The notes under the pieces: generated by a model
Told to the model about the DNA's origin: nothing
The model's database searches: none
What the model saw: only the letters and a program-made list of their open reading frames with translations
Position numbers and translations under genes: made by a program
Assembly: GCA_965208675.1 (NCBI GenBank)
Contig: OZ242351.1
Coordinates: 3,552,001 to 3,616,000, forward strand
From: Candidatus Poribacteria bacterium
GTDB taxonomy: Bacteria; Poribacteria; WGA-4E; PCPOR2b
Direction of reading: 5' to 3'
Length of the DNA stretch: 64,000 bases
Shown: one piece after another, positions 39,170-49,360 of the stretch
How positions within the stretch are numbered: position 1 is the stretch's first letter
Layout: each line of letters starts with the position of its first letter

Positions 39170-39588
39170 CACTTCAGCAGACCGTTACGGTATGCCCCGC
39201 GTGCAACAGCAAAAACGTGGAAGCCGTCGACCAAAATTCGTCGTTCTGCCTCGATTGCGATTGGGACAATTTACCGTTCGTCTCGAAAAGAACTGACGCA
39301 CTGATTTCTGCACTGCGGCACGGCGGTCCGGAGGCGCGGCGGGAAGCGGCGCAGACGCTAATCAATATCGGCGATGCGAACCGGCACGTCGCAACGCCCG
39401 ACGACCTCAATCCCCTGCTCGAAGCCCTTGATGATACAGATGACGATGTCCGCTATTTTGCTGCCGTGGCGCTGGGAAAGCTTCGGGATACGCGTGCACT
39501 GGCAAGGCTTGAGCGCATCGTGCATAACGACCCCTCTGGACTCGTGCGCGAAGGCGCCAAAAGCGCAATCGAATGGATTGAAGATTGA
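39166..39588 (+). CDS. Zn-ribbon plus HEAT-repeat protein
   Basis: CPAC...CLDC; DDVRYFAAVALGKL HEAT repeats. Confidence 0.8.
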   Translation: MTLQQTVTVCPACNSKNVEAVDQNSSFCLDCDWDNLPFVSKRTDALISALRHGGPEARREAAQTLINIGDANRHVATPDDLNPLLEALDDTDDDVRYFAAVALGKLRDTRALARLERIVHNDPSGLVREGAKSAIEWIED

Positions 39589-39648
39589 TTCGGCGGCTTA
39601 TGCCCTACTTCAGTACCAACCTCAAAATCCTGCGTCAAAATAGTCCTT

Positions 39649-40068
39649 GTGATTGCCATTTCTAACCTACCCATGATAAATGCCGCGCTCAACTCAATTA
39701 GCGCGGCTCTGCTGACTGCCGGATATTTGATGGTTCGGAGACGCAGGATTGAAGCCCATAGAAAGTGCATGATTGCGGCTTTCGCGGTCTCCGCGCTATT
39801 TCTTACCAGTTATCTCGTCTACCACTACCACGCCGGATCCAAGAATTTTACCCTGTACGGCTGGATTCGCCCGGTTTACTTTACGATTCTCATCTCCCAT
39901 ATTATCCTCGCCGCGCTTATCCTCCCGCTCGCCTTAAGAACCCTCTACCTTGCCTGGCGCAAACAGTTTGCTAAACACCGCCGTATCGCGCGTCTGACGC
40001 TACCGTTGTGGCTATATGTTTCTGTCACCGGTGTAATCATCTATTTCATGCTATACCATCTCCAATGA
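39649..40068 (+). CDS. DUF420 (CtaM-like) oxidase assembly membrane protein
   Basis: NAALN, HRKCM, FLTSYLVYH, ISHIIL, WLYVSVTGV. Confidence 0.88.
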   Translation: MIAISNLPMINAALNSISAALLTAGYLMVRRRRIEAHRKCMIAAFAVSALFLTSYLVYHYHAGSKNFTLYGWIRPVYFTILISHIILAALILPLALRTLYLAWRKQFAKHRRIARLTLPLWLYVSVTGVIIYFMLYHLQ

Positions 40069-40142
40069 TGGGTTGGTATGCTGCCGATATTCAGCAGCAA
40101 TTTGGTTTGAAATTGCCGAGGGCGGTGTAGTATACTGTCTGT

Positions 40143-40260
40143 TATAGTCATTGCGACTAAAAATCATACATTTACTCATTGGTTTGTAGGAGAGGCTTCC
40201 TAGCCTCGATTATTAATCAGTCAATTACTCCTTGTGTAAATATGAACCGAATTGACTATA
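40143..40260. repeat. MITE-like element with TATAGTCA/TGACTATA ends and an internal GTAG-REP
   Basis: Terminal inverted repeats; internal GTAGGAGAGGCTTCCTAGCCTCGA also found at about 55357. Confidence 0.6.
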
Positions 40261-40318
40261 AAGCCAAACCCTGTCCCGAATTAGCGCAATCTTAAAAACG
40301 AGTAAGGTAAATCAACAC

Positions 40319-41074
40319 ATGCGTCCCCAGAGTTCAACGCAGACAGAAAAAAGAGCACAATCCCCGGATACTTTAGACCTATCTGAAATTGGTGCATCCA
40401 AAGATGGCGTACCTCAAGTCAGTGAACGGCGGTTGTTTGTGCAACTTCAGGTGTTCGATGGGTGTGTTCAACCGCAAGAACTGGTTGCAGCTTTAGAAGG
40501 CAGCGGTCTGGAGTGTGTCCTGTATCAAGATGTGCACGATTCGTCCGGCGTGGGGCTGCTCTATATGACGGAAAACCCTAACGATCTGGTGACCGAACTC
40601 GGGATCCTACTAAGGCGGGGTCCGTTTGCATCGTTGCGTCGAAAACCTGAATTTACCATGATTGGCAGGACATATTCTTCCGGACGCGAACCAAATTTAG
40701 AAGAATGGCTGCTCCGCAAGCCGCGCCGGAACATGCTGAACCCAGAATTTTCATGGGCGATGTGGTATCCGCTCCGACGGAAACCCGAGTTTTATCTGCT
40801 TCCAAGATCGGATCAGGGCAAGATTCTAGGCGAACACGCCATGATTGGCCGAGCCTACGCACAAGCGGGACATGCGCAGGATATCCGTCTGGCGTGTTTC
40901 GGACTCGATCCGCATGATAATGAGTTTGTGATTGGATTAGTAGGACCAGAGCTGTACCCGCTTTCTCGGCTTGTGCAAGACATGAGGAAAACTCAGCAAA
41001 CCGCCAAATACATCGACTCGCTTGGGCCATTTTTTGTGGGCAAAGTCTGCTGGCAAAAACCGTTGGCGTTGTGA
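40319..41074 (+). CDS. Chlorite dismutase / coproheme decarboxylase (ChdC/HemQ) family heme protein
   Basis: WYPLRRKPEFY, proximal His in GEHAMIG, FGLD..DNEF, LVQDMR, GPFFVG. Confidence 0.8.
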   Translation: MRPQSSTQTEKRAQSPDTLDLSEIGASKDGVPQVSERRLFVQLQVFDGCVQPQELVAALEGSGLECVLYQDVHDSSGVGLLYMTENPNDLVTELGILLRRGPFASLRRKPEFTMIGRTYSSGREPNLEEWLLRKPRRNMLNPEFSWAMWYPLRRKPEFYLLPRSDQGKILGEHAMIGRAYAQAGHAQDIRLACFGLDPHDNEFVIGLVGPELYPLSRLVQDMRKTQQTAKYIDSLGPFFVGKVCWQKPLAL

Positions 41075-41240
41075 GATTAGAAGCGAAGTGCGTGAAACCA
41101 CGCGTCGGTTCGCCGAGCGATTTCTAATCGCATCGACAATGAGTGCCGTGAAATACCGGCGTCTCGAACCGTTTGGCGGCCATGCCTCCATTCCAGTTGG
41201 CCTCCGGCTTTTGATAATTTTCCAAACTCAAAGGCACATT

Positions 41241-41966
41241 ATGAAGAACATCGCTGCAATTGCGTTGAAAGAGTTGTACACCTATTTTGTTTCACCGGTA
41301 GCTTACTTTGTGTTCTTTATCTTCACGGCGGTCTCTGGCGTTTTCTTTATTTTCATCTTTTACCATGTGTTTCGTTCCCAAATGCCAATCGACGAAGTTA
41401 TGGGGAGTTTATTCCCGACTATGAGCGTTATTCTCCTCTTCTTCACGCCCGCCCTGACCATGAAACTCTTCGCGGAAGAGCGGAAAAGCGGAACCATTGA
41501 ACTGATGTCGACTTCGCCCGTGAGAGACTCGGAGATGGTGTTCGGAAAGTTTTTGGCAAGTTTGGTGCTGACGCTATTCATGTTGGTGCTGACGCTGCTG
41601 TTTCCAATCCTCATTGCCGCATTCGGCGAAATCGATACGGGCAAAATCGCCAGCGGGTATTTCGGTCTTATCCTGCTGGCATCCACATTTCTCGCGCTCG
41701 GTCTCCTCATCTCCTCAATGAGCAAGAATCAAATTGTCGCGGCGTTGACCAGTTTCGGGATTCTGTTAGCCCTCTGGATAATTGGTTTTCTATCAAATTT
41801 TGCGGGACAGTTAGGTGGATTTTTGGCGTATTTCTCGCTCAGTGAGCATTCCCAGGGCTTCGCGCGCGGGGTGGTCGGCGTCAAACATGTTGTATATTTT
41901 CTGAGTTTCACAACCGTCTGCCTGTTCGCGACTGTTAAATCCGTAGAATCATCAAAATGGAGGTAA
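41241..41966 (+). CDS. ABC transporter permease (GldF-like)
   Basis: KELYTYFVSPVAY, EERKSGTIEL, GKF, KNQIVAA. Confidence 0.88.
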   Translation: MKNIAAIALKELYTYFVSPVAYFVFFIFTAVSGVFFIFIFYHVFRSQMPIDEVMGSLFPTMSVILLFFTPALTMKLFAEERKSGTIELMSTSPVRDSEMVFGKFLASLVLTLFMLVLTLLFPILIAAFGEIDTGKIASGYFGLILLASTFLALGLLISSMSKNQIVAALTSFGILLALWIIGFLSNFAGQLGGFLAYFSLSEHSQGFARGVVGVKHVVYFLSFTTVCLFATVKSVESSKWR

Positions 41967-41969
41967 TCC

Positions 41970-43634
41970 TTGATGCCAGTTGAACCGAGCGGACTCCCAA
42001 ATCACGAACCGGTGAATGGCGCAAACACCCAAACGAGCGACAAGCTGGGACCGCTGTTCGGCTTTTTCAGCCTCATTTTTCTATTCGCAACACTCGTTAT
42101 CCTGTTTCTCTCCAATAACCGTACATCCACTGTCTTCTGGATCTCCCTCGTGCTTGGAATCGCTGCATTTAGCGTTTTCGCTGCCAAGCGTTTTCAGGCA
42201 ATATTGCACTTCTTTGTTAGCCGCCAAGCCCGCTACGGTGCAAACGTCGCAATTAGCATACTGGCAACCCTTGGAATTGCAATCATCCTAAATGTTGTCG
42301 TTGCTCAACGATTCGATAAGGCTGCCGATTGGACAGCCGATAAAACCTTCACCCTATCGGATCAGACGAAGAACATCCTGCACGGATTGGACCGCGAGGT
42401 TAAGGTGATAGCCTTTTTCAGTAACTCTCCAAACAATCCACGGTCGCAACAGCAATATGGACTCGCTAAAGATATGTTGGAAAGGTACAAGCGAGAAACG
42501 GACAAACTCACGGTTGAATTCGTTGATCCCTACGCAGATCCGCTGAAGAAAGAGGAGCATGGTGTTCGACTCGATGAAACAACCGTCTTTGAGAGCAGCG
42601 GTGAACGGGAGCGGGTAACAGCCGTTGATGAACAAATGTATACAAGCGCAATCATGAAGGTGGTTCGCGACGAGATTAAGACAATCTACTTTCTGACAGG
42701 CCATGAAGAGCAGTCAATTGACGACTTTGAGCAGGGCGGCTATTCCCAAGCCAAAGAGGAATTAGAGACGCAGAACTATCTTGTTAAAACACTGGTTTTG
42801 ACAACCGAGCCGCAAGTCCCCGCCGATTGCGCGCTGCTCGTTATTCCCGGTCCAATATCGCCGCTCGCATTACACGAGATTAACGCGATTTCAAAATACC
42901 TAGATAATAACGGCAAATTACTTGTCATGTTTGAACCTTCGATAACACGATCGGAAGATCCGAATTGGAACCTGGTTCGCTTAATGGACCGATGGGGAAT
43001 TTCGGTTGGCAATAACCTCGTGGTAGATTTATCCGATTTCCTGTTTATTGGCGGCATTACTGCACCCGCTGTCACTAGATTTGAATTCCATCAGATAGTG
43101 CGCCACATGCGTCAACCTGTTTCGTTTTTGACCGCCCGTTCCGTGGCGCCAAAGGAAGGCGCAAGACCACAACTCAACGCCAAATCGCTCGCCAAGACGA
43201 CGGATGCGGTTGGCGATAGTTGGGGGGAAACTGCGCGGAAAGAAGACGGCACTTTCGCCGATCCTGAATACACACCGAACGAGGATGCGCCGCCGCCGGT
43301 CTCGCTCGCTGCCGCGGTCGAATTGATGAACGATGAGGAAATATCCGTCGATGAACCAAAGAAAACGAACACTCGTATCGTTGCTGTAGGCGACGCCGAC
43401 TTCGCCTCAAATTTCTTATTTGAAAGAACCGGCGGCGGCGATCTATTTCTGAATGCGGTGAACTGGCTCACGCAGGAAGAAGACCTGATTGCCATCCGCC
43501 CGAGAGACCCAAACGAGCGAACCCTGCGCTTTATGACACCCGGCGAATTTGCATTCGTGCAGATTGCATCAATTTTTCTTATCCCCTTAATTATCTTCTT
43601 TGTCGGGTTGGTCGTCTGGTGGCGGCGGCGGTAG
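41970..43634 (+). CDS. GldG-like ABC transporter auxiliary component
   Basis: FTLSDQT, YFLTGHEE, VGDADF, LNAVNWL, C-terminal TM ending WWRRR. Confidence 0.88.
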   Translation: MMPVEPSGLPNHEPVNGANTQTSDKLGPLFGFFSLIFLFATLVILFLSNNRTSTVFWISLVLGIAAFSVFAAKRFQAILHFFVSRQARYGANVAISILATLGIAIILNVVVAQRFDKAADWTADKTFTLSDQTKNILHGLDREVKVIAFFSNSPNNPRSQQQYGLAKDMLERYKRETDKLTVEFVDPYADPLKKEEHGVRLDETTVFESSGERERVTAVDEQMYTSAIMKVVRDEIKTIYFLTGHEEQSIDDFEQGGYSQAKEELETQNYLVKTLVLTTEPQVPADCALLVIPGPISPLALHEINAISKYLDNNGKLLVMFEPSITRSEDPNWNLVRLMDRWGISVGNNLVVDLSDFLFIGGITAPAVTRFEFHQIVRHMRQPVSFLTARSVAPKEGARPQLNAKSLAKTTDAVGDSWGETARKEDGTFADPEYTPNEDAPPPVSLAAAVELMNDEEISVDEPKKTNTRIVAVGDADFASNFLFERTGGGDLFLNAVNWLTQEEDLIAIRPRDPNERTLRFMTPGEFAFVQIASIFLIPLIIFFVGLVVWWRRR

Positions 43635-43711
43635 CGCAATAAATGCAGTCTGAACCGCGCCGCGCTGGAAACGTCAAACGTTTTCAGATTGGACTGAGAT
43701 GAGACAAACTC

Positions 43712-45487
43712 ATGAACTTCAAAACTACGCTGATAATACTCCTAATATTCATCGTCTTTGGCGGGTCGTACCTGCTGTTTTTTCAGGACAAACCTGCTGA
43801 TGATTCGGACGCCGACCAACCGAAAATCGGCGACGCCTACGCACTGGCCAAAGACGACATCCGTCGAGTGCGCATCTCATTCAACGATACCGCCTATGCC
43901 CCGCTTTCACTTACAAAAGACGTTGACAGCGCTTGGCAGTTAACAGAACCAATTGCCGCAGACGCGCAGGGCGCAAAGATTAACGAGATGCTTGGCGACC
44001 TGCTAAACAAGAAAATCAAGCGCACCCTTGAAGTGGCCACGCTGACGGAGTACGAACTCGATCCGCCCAAGATACAGATTCAACTCTGGACGACAGGCGA
44101 ATCGCCCGCAAAGACCTTTCTCATCGGCAAGAGGACAGTCAACTACTCCGTCTACGCAAAGGAGGGATCCGAGCCTCACATCTTCCTAATCGAATCGAGC
44201 GCGCTCGAAGATTTCACGAAATCGGCGTCAGATTTCCGGGATCGATCGGCTTTAAAATTCGATGCGGAAGAAGTTACAGGGTTGACACTGCGGGTCATGG
44301 ACGAGAGTGCGATTCGTTGCCATAAGCGTGAGTCGAACCTCTGGCAGATGGACGAACCTGTGGAGGCAGCGGCGGACGCCAAAGAGATCGAGTCAATCCT
44401 GACGGCGCTCAACGCCTTGAAGGTCGTCGTTTTTGCGGAGGATGGCGCGGAGGATGTCACCCCGTATGGACTCGATACGCCGCGAATCCAAGTCCGCCTC
44501 GACCTATCAGACGGCGACACTCAGACGCTGCTAATCGGCGGCGACGATAAGGCAACCGGCCGCATCTACACAAAAAGTGCGGACCTCGACGCAGTCTACG
44601 CTGTCAACAGCGAAATTTACGCCAGTCTCAATAAGTCTGTTTTCGATCTCCGAAGCAAGCGCGTTATCGACTTCCAGCGAACCGCGGCAATCCGATTTGA
44701 GATTGAACGGCAAGGCAAAAAAAAGGTTGTTTGCGAGAAAAACAGCGGCGGCGAATGGGAAATCAGTGCGCCGGTTGTGTTGAAAGCGGATGCATCCGCA
44801 GTCGACGATCTGCTGTTCGGCGTTGATTCGCTGAAGGCGGTCGAATTTGCCGCCGATTCGCCCAAAAACCTTCAACCGTACGGACTAGATGCCCCGTCAA
44901 TCAAAGTTTTATTCACAACGACCGGCGAGGATTCAGTTGCTCTCCTTATCGGGAATTTAAAGGGTGAGACTGTCTACGTAAAATCTCAAAACGCCGAACC
45001 TGTCTACGGGGTGAAGAAAAATCTCATTGACCTCGTTGGGGTGGGAGTCGCATCGTTGCGCGACAAACAGATTCTCGACTTCGACAGCGATTCCGCGGTT
45101 AAGCTCACGCTTCGGCATGGCGATGCCAACTTAACCTGCCAGAAACAGGGGACGAACTGGCGGCTGATTCATCCGGTGCAGGAGGATGCAAAAAATGGAA
45201 CCGTCAACACTATCCTTTATCAGATTGGCGAGCTGAAAGTCGAGGAGTTTTTGGCGGATACGCCCGATGCAGCCAGTACCGGCTTGGATGCGCCTGCAAT
45301 TCAGGTCAACGTCACGTTGAAGGATGGAACCGAGCATGTGCTGCAAATCGGCAAACCTGCAGAATCCGAACACCTCCACGCCCGGGTGTGGCGTTTGCCG
45401 GACACAGTTTTTTTGCTCAGATCGGATATCGCCGAAACGCTCAAGAAAACAGTGGAGGATTTCCGAGCGATTCCCGATGAGGCTTAA
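43712..45487 (+). CDS. DUF4340-repeat protein
   Basis: Repeated W.L..P...A.....YGL..P...L.IG...Y units; follows GldG. Confidence 0.82.
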   Translation: MNFKTTLIILLIFIVFGGSYLLFFQDKPADDSDADQPKIGDAYALAKDDIRRVRISFNDTAYAPLSLTKDVDSAWQLTEPIAADAQGAKINEMLGDLLNKKIKRTLEVATLTEYELDPPKIQIQLWTTGESPAKTFLIGKRTVNYSVYAKEGSEPHIFLIESSALEDFTKSASDFRDRSALKFDAEEVTGLTLRVMDESAIRCHKRESNLWQMDEPVEAAADAKEIESILTALNALKVVVFAEDGAEDVTPYGLDTPRIQVRLDLSDGDTQTLLIGGDDKATGRIYTKSADLDAVYAVNSEIYASLNKSVFDLRSKRVIDFQRTAAIRFEIERQGKKKVVCEKNSGGEWEISAPVVLKADASAVDDLLFGVDSLKAVEFAADSPKNLQPYGLDAPSIKVLFTTTGEDSVALLIGNLKGETVYVKSQNAEPVYGVKKNLIDLVGVGVASLRDKQILDFDSDSAVKLTLRHGDANLTCQKQGTNWRLIHPVQEDAKNGTVNTILYQIGELKVEEFLADTPDAASTGLDAPAIQVNVTLKDGTEHVLQIGKPAESEHLHARVWRLPDTVFLLRSDIAETLKKTVEDFRAIPDEA

Positions 45488-45697
45488 CTCGATATTGCAT
45501 CGATGTTTCCGGCTGGAGACATCCCATCGGTTCATGCATCTTTGGCGCAACGGAACCCGATATCGCCTTCAACCTGCGTTGCGCTGACCCGCTCGCGGTA
45601 CGAAACCCGCAACGGCGGCCCAAAACCTCCCGCTCCCATCCACCCTCAAAACATCACACGCAACTGACGCCACACGGAGTGTGCCTACTACTTTAAA

Positions 45698-45733
45698 CAA
45701 AAAGAGGGGGTTGCTAAACTAGCAACCCCCTCT
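45698..45733 (-). terminator. Rho-independent terminator downstream of tRNA-Leu
   Basis: 14-bp stem AGAGGGGGTTGCTA/TAGCAACCCCCTCT with an A-run on the plus side. Confidence 0.8.
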
Positions 45734-45747
45734 ATCGTGTCCTTTCA

Positions 45748-45830
45748 TGCCCCCGACTGGACTCGAACCAGCATGCCCGTTAAGGCACAGGCCCTCAACC
45801 TGCCGTGTATACCAATTCCACCACAGGGGC
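45748..45830 (-). tRNA. tRNA-Leu(GAG)
   Basis: GCCCCTG acceptor stem, anticodon loop TTGAGGG, long variable arm, GGTTCGAGTCC; CCA not encoded. Confidence 0.93.
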
Positions 45831-45931
45831 ACATAAACTTGCAAACATCAAAAAAATTATATCATCGGCAATCTGGGAATGTCAAGTGGAATCACTCGGT
45901 TGGCAATGCGGATTTGGAGGCTGGAAAGGGT

Positions 45932-46417
45932 CTACTTTCTCCGCAGGAATAGGAAGCTATACGAGTACGGGTTGTCTTCATCAGGCTGACAGTCGACGCG
46001 CTTGTCCTCGTGCCAGTCTTCCAAATTAAACGCTGGAAAATAGGTGTTGCCTTCAAAGCAGTGATGTATCAGCGTCATATAGATTCGTTCTGCCCGCGGC
46101 AAGAACTGCGCGTAGATTGGTGCGCCGCCGCATATCATCACCTCTTCGTGTGTCTTAACAACATCCAAAGCCTCTTCCACGGAATTCACCACGACGCATC
46201 CTTCCGCCCGATAACCGCGGTTGCGCGTCAACACAATATTAATACGGTTCTTCAGCGGTTCCCCAACGGTTTCATAAGTCCTGCGCCCCATCACCACAGG
46301 CTTGTGCAAGGTCTTTCGGAAGAAATGTTTCAAATCGGCAGGTAGATTCCAAGGCAGCCCGTCGCCCGTGCCAATCAGGCGGTTTTTATCCATTGCTGTG
46401 ATGATGGAGATAATCAT
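45932..46417 (-). CDS. folA: Dihydrofolate reductase
   Basis: IG..LPW.LPADLKHF, MGRRTY, PLKNR, CGG. Confidence 0.96.
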   Translation of the reverse strand: MIISIITAMDKNRLIGTGDGLPWNLPADLKHFFRKTLHKPVVMGRRTYETVGEPLKNRINIVLTRNRGYRAEGCVVVNSVEEALDVVKTHEEVMICGGAPIYAQFLPRAERIYMTLIHHCFEGNTYFPAFNLEDWHEDKRVDCQPDEDNPYSYSFLFLRRK

Positions 46418-46429
46418 CGGCGCGCCCCT

Positions 46430-47251
46430 TCACACCACCATCGGTGCTTTTATAACGCCGTGAGCATTATAATTGCGCAGTTCGATATCCTGCATCTTGA
46501 AGTTGTCAATCGATGTAATCTCTGGATTCAAGTAGAGTTCAGGCAGTCCAAGTGGTTCGCGCCCCAACTGCATCTCTACCTGTTCGAAATGGAGGTGGTA
46601 GATGTGGGCATCGCCCAAAGTGTGGACAAACTCGCCCGGCGCCAGGTCCGTTATTTGTGCGACCATGTGCAGCAGCAAGGCGTATGAGGCGATATTGAAC
46701 GGCACACCAAGAAACATATCACAGCTCCGCTGATACAACTGCAGCGACAGTTTTCCGTCAGCCACGAAGAACTGGAAAAGTGTGTGGCAGGGTTCAAGAG
46801 CCATCTGATCCAATTCACCCGGATTCCAAGCCGTTACCACATGGCGGCGGCTGTAGGGTTGAGATTTAATGCCTTCGATAGCGTTGGAAAGCTGGTCTAT
46901 GGATTGCCCGTCGCCAGTTTTCCAAGACCGCCACTGCACACCGTAAATTCGCCCAAGATCGCCATCAAACCGCGCCTTGGGCTTCCAGTAATCCGCATCC
47001 GCATTTGCGTCCCAGATGCGGCAACCTAGTTTCTGAAAATCTTTTACATCGGAGTAGCCCCTTAAGAAACCCAGCAGCTCGGCTTTCACGCCGGTTTTGA
47101 ACGCAAGTTTTTTGGTCGTGACGGCTGGAAAACCGTCCGCCATATCGTAGCGCATCTGCATACCGAACAGTGCGCGCGAGAAACCGTTGCGGCCGTGGCG
47201 ATCCACGCCGTTATCCATAATCTGCTTCAGCGCATCTAAATACTGCTTCAT
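46430..47251 (-). CDS. thyA: Thymidylate synthase
   Basis: PCH, YQRSCDMFLGVPFN, DAHIY. Confidence 0.97.
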   Translation of the reverse strand: MKQYLDALKQIMDNGVDRHGRNGFSRALFGMQMRYDMADGFPAVTTKKLAFKTGVKAELLGFLRGYSDVKDFQKLGCRIWDANADADYWKPKARFDGDLGRIYGVQWRSWKTGDGQSIDQLSNAIEGIKSQPYSRRHVVTAWNPGELDQMALEPCHTLFQFFVADGKLSLQLYQRSCDMFLGVPFNIASYALLLHMVAQITDLAPGEFVHTLGDAHIYHLHFEQVEMQLGREPLGLPELYLNPEITSIDNFKMQDIELRNYNAHGVIKAPMVV

Positions 47252-47289
47252 CGTCTCCCGTTCGTATGTGCGTGGGTTTGAAAATTACG

Positions 47290-47733
47290 CTACGAATTGC
47301 TCGCTTCATCGGTGCTTCCAAATCCACCGCGCGTCTTCGAGTGGGTCTCAGACACTTCCATCCAATCTACCTGATCGACCCGCACGAAAATCGCCTGCGC
47401 AATCCTATCGCCGCGCTCAATCGTTGCCGGCTGTTCTGAAAAATTGTAGATTTGAATCTTTACCTCATCGTCTTCGCCGCAGTAATCCTGATCGATGACG
47501 CCAACCCCGTGCGGGATGAGCAGCCCGTGTTTGCGGGGCGTGCTGCTTCGGAGTGTCACCATCAACATATACCCCGGCGGGGTTTCAACGATGACATTCG
47601 CGGGTACTAGCCCCAATGTGCGCGGTTCAATCGCCACCGATTCTCGGCACACCAAATCAAAGCCGACGGAACCGGCGGTTGCATATTGCGGTAGCGGAAG
47701 ATTCTTGTCCTGCCGTTTGATTTTAACTTTCAT
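47290..47733 (-). CDS. dut: dUTP diphosphatase
   Basis: GFDL, RSS, GVIDQDYCG, RIAQ, RGGFGST. Confidence 0.95.
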   Translation of the reverse strand: MKVKIKRQDKNLPLPQYATAGSVGFDLVCRESVAIEPRTLGLVPANVIVETPPGYMLMVTLRSSTPRKHGLLIPHGVGVIDQDYCGEDDEVKIQIYNFSEQPATIERGDRIAQAIFVRVDQVDWMEVSETHSKTRGGFGSTDEASNS

Positions 47734-47834
47734 CAAATACCAATGAATCAAAGGTTGCCGTTAAAGGGAATGAACCCAATTTATTGATGAGAAACCGAGT
47801 TTTTTTCTTCAAAACTCGGTTTCTTTGAGGCGCG

Positions 47835-48719
47835 TTAAGGCACTGGAATTCCCGATACCTTGCACTCCACACGATAAATCGAGGTAGACGCCGTGATGAA
47901 AAGCGATTTCCAATCACCGCCGCCCCAAGCCAGATTGGCTGTAATTTCCGGTGTTTTTATGATGCCGAGGTGTTTACCCGACGGATCGGAAATCCAAACG
48001 CCGCCAGGCCCCGTCGCATAAATGTTTCCAAGCACGTCAACCTTCATTCCGTCCGGTACACCATTTTCTCCGGATTCCTCTGCGAAAACTCGGCCTTTTC
48101 CAAGCGTGCCGTCGAGTTGAAGGTCAAAGGCGCGAATGTGCATTCGGGCGGTATCATCTACGTAAAGAACCGATTCGTCCGGCGAGAAGCAAAGTCCGTT
48201 CGGGCCGTCAAAATCATCGGCGAGAAGCGTCAGAGTCCGGCAATCAGCGGACAGTCGGTAGACGCCTTGGAAACCGAGTTCTTGCCCTTTGATTTCCCCA
48301 TCATCATCCATGATGCCGTAAGGCGGGTCGGTAAAGTAGATGCTCCCATCCGATTTCACGACCACATCGTTCGGGCTGTTCAACCGCTTTCCGTTATAAT
48401 GCGCGGCAATTGCGATGATTGTCCCATCGGCTTCCGTTCGTGAGACTCGCCGGTTCCCATGTTCGCATGCAATCAGCCGCCCCTGTTTATCATAAGTCAA
48501 TCCGTTCGAGCGGCCCGATGGAGGCCGGAAGTTTGTGATTCCGGAATCGGGGCGCCACCGTTTAATCTGATTTGCCGGAATGTCGCTGAACAACAGATAC
48601 CCCGCCGCGGCATTCCAGAGCGGACCCTCGGTAAACTGGCATCCTGACCCAAGCCGCTCAGCCTGAGCGTCAGCGTCAACCAAATCCAACAGTTCTGGAG
48701 ATCGAACTTCAATGCTCAA
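47835..48719 (-). CDS. SMP-30/gluconolactonase family protein
   Basis: TEGP, SNG, NSPND, PNG, PDG motifs. Confidence 0.92.
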   Translation of the reverse strand: MSIEVRSPELLDLVDADAQAERLGSGCQFTEGPLWNAAAGYLLFSDIPANQIKRWRPDSGITNFRPPSGRSNGLTYDKQGRLIACEHGNRRVSRTEADGTIIAIAAHYNGKRLNSPNDVVVKSDGSIYFTDPPYGIMDDDGEIKGQELGFQGVYRLSADCRTLTLLADDFDGPNGLCFSPDESVLYVDDTARMHIRAFDLQLDGTLGKGRVFAEESGENGVPDGMKVDVLGNIYATGPGGVWISDPSGKHLGIIKTPEITANLAWGGGDWKSLFITASTSIYRVECKVSGIPVP

Positions 48720-49057
48720 TACAATACTCCTTCACGAGGCAGTGTAACATTGACTATGTTCTGTTGACATTTTGAGGCTACTGATTCGGCAAAGGTTGTC
48801 ACCATTGGATAATCTGATATAAGTAGCGCAAACTGTTAGTTTGCGGGCTCGCATCACAATCTAACAGATTGTGTTACAAAAGATTCCTTTGTACTTGATA
48901 GGGACTGCCGTTTAACCGTTCAATTCAACCTACGGGATGCCAAATGTCAACACGCCCTAGTGCATTTGTCATAAAGTTAGCACACCCCAAAAAAATTTAC
49001 AAGCCCAAACTTGATGCAGTGACGGGCATGTAACGGCGCAAACTCCACAACAAATGA

Positions 49058-49086
49058 TTGACAGAATTTTTATATAAGGGTATAAT
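49058..49086 (+). promoter_or_regulatory. Perfect-consensus sigma70 promoter
   Basis: TTGACA-17 bp-TATAAT. Confidence 0.7.
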
Positions 49087-49159
49087 GGTTTTGATTTTTG
49101 AATCGGCGGGTCGGTCCATGCTTATGCAGACCGCGAGGCGGTAGTGTATTGAGAAAGGC

Positions 49160-49236
<77 letters not shown>

Positions 49237-49252
49237 ACCTTAGAAGCATTTT

Positions 49253-49281
49253 ATGATAAAATACCCGCTGATAATTGTCAA
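49253..49281 (-). promoter_or_regulatory. Sigma70 promoter of tRNA-Arg
   Basis: TTGACA-17 bp-TATCAT on the minus strand. Confidence 0.6.
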
Positions 49282-49360
49282 GTGAATTTCTCGCAAATCG
49301 AGCACCGTCCCCAACCTGCAGGCTAGTAAATGGTCATCTAAATGTGAGGAGGAATGTAAA

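Noticed and set aside
40319-41074. Functional chlorite dismutase for (per)chlorate respiration
   Set aside because: The distal Arg appears absent by manual alignment, there is no signal peptide, and no reductase genes are nearby
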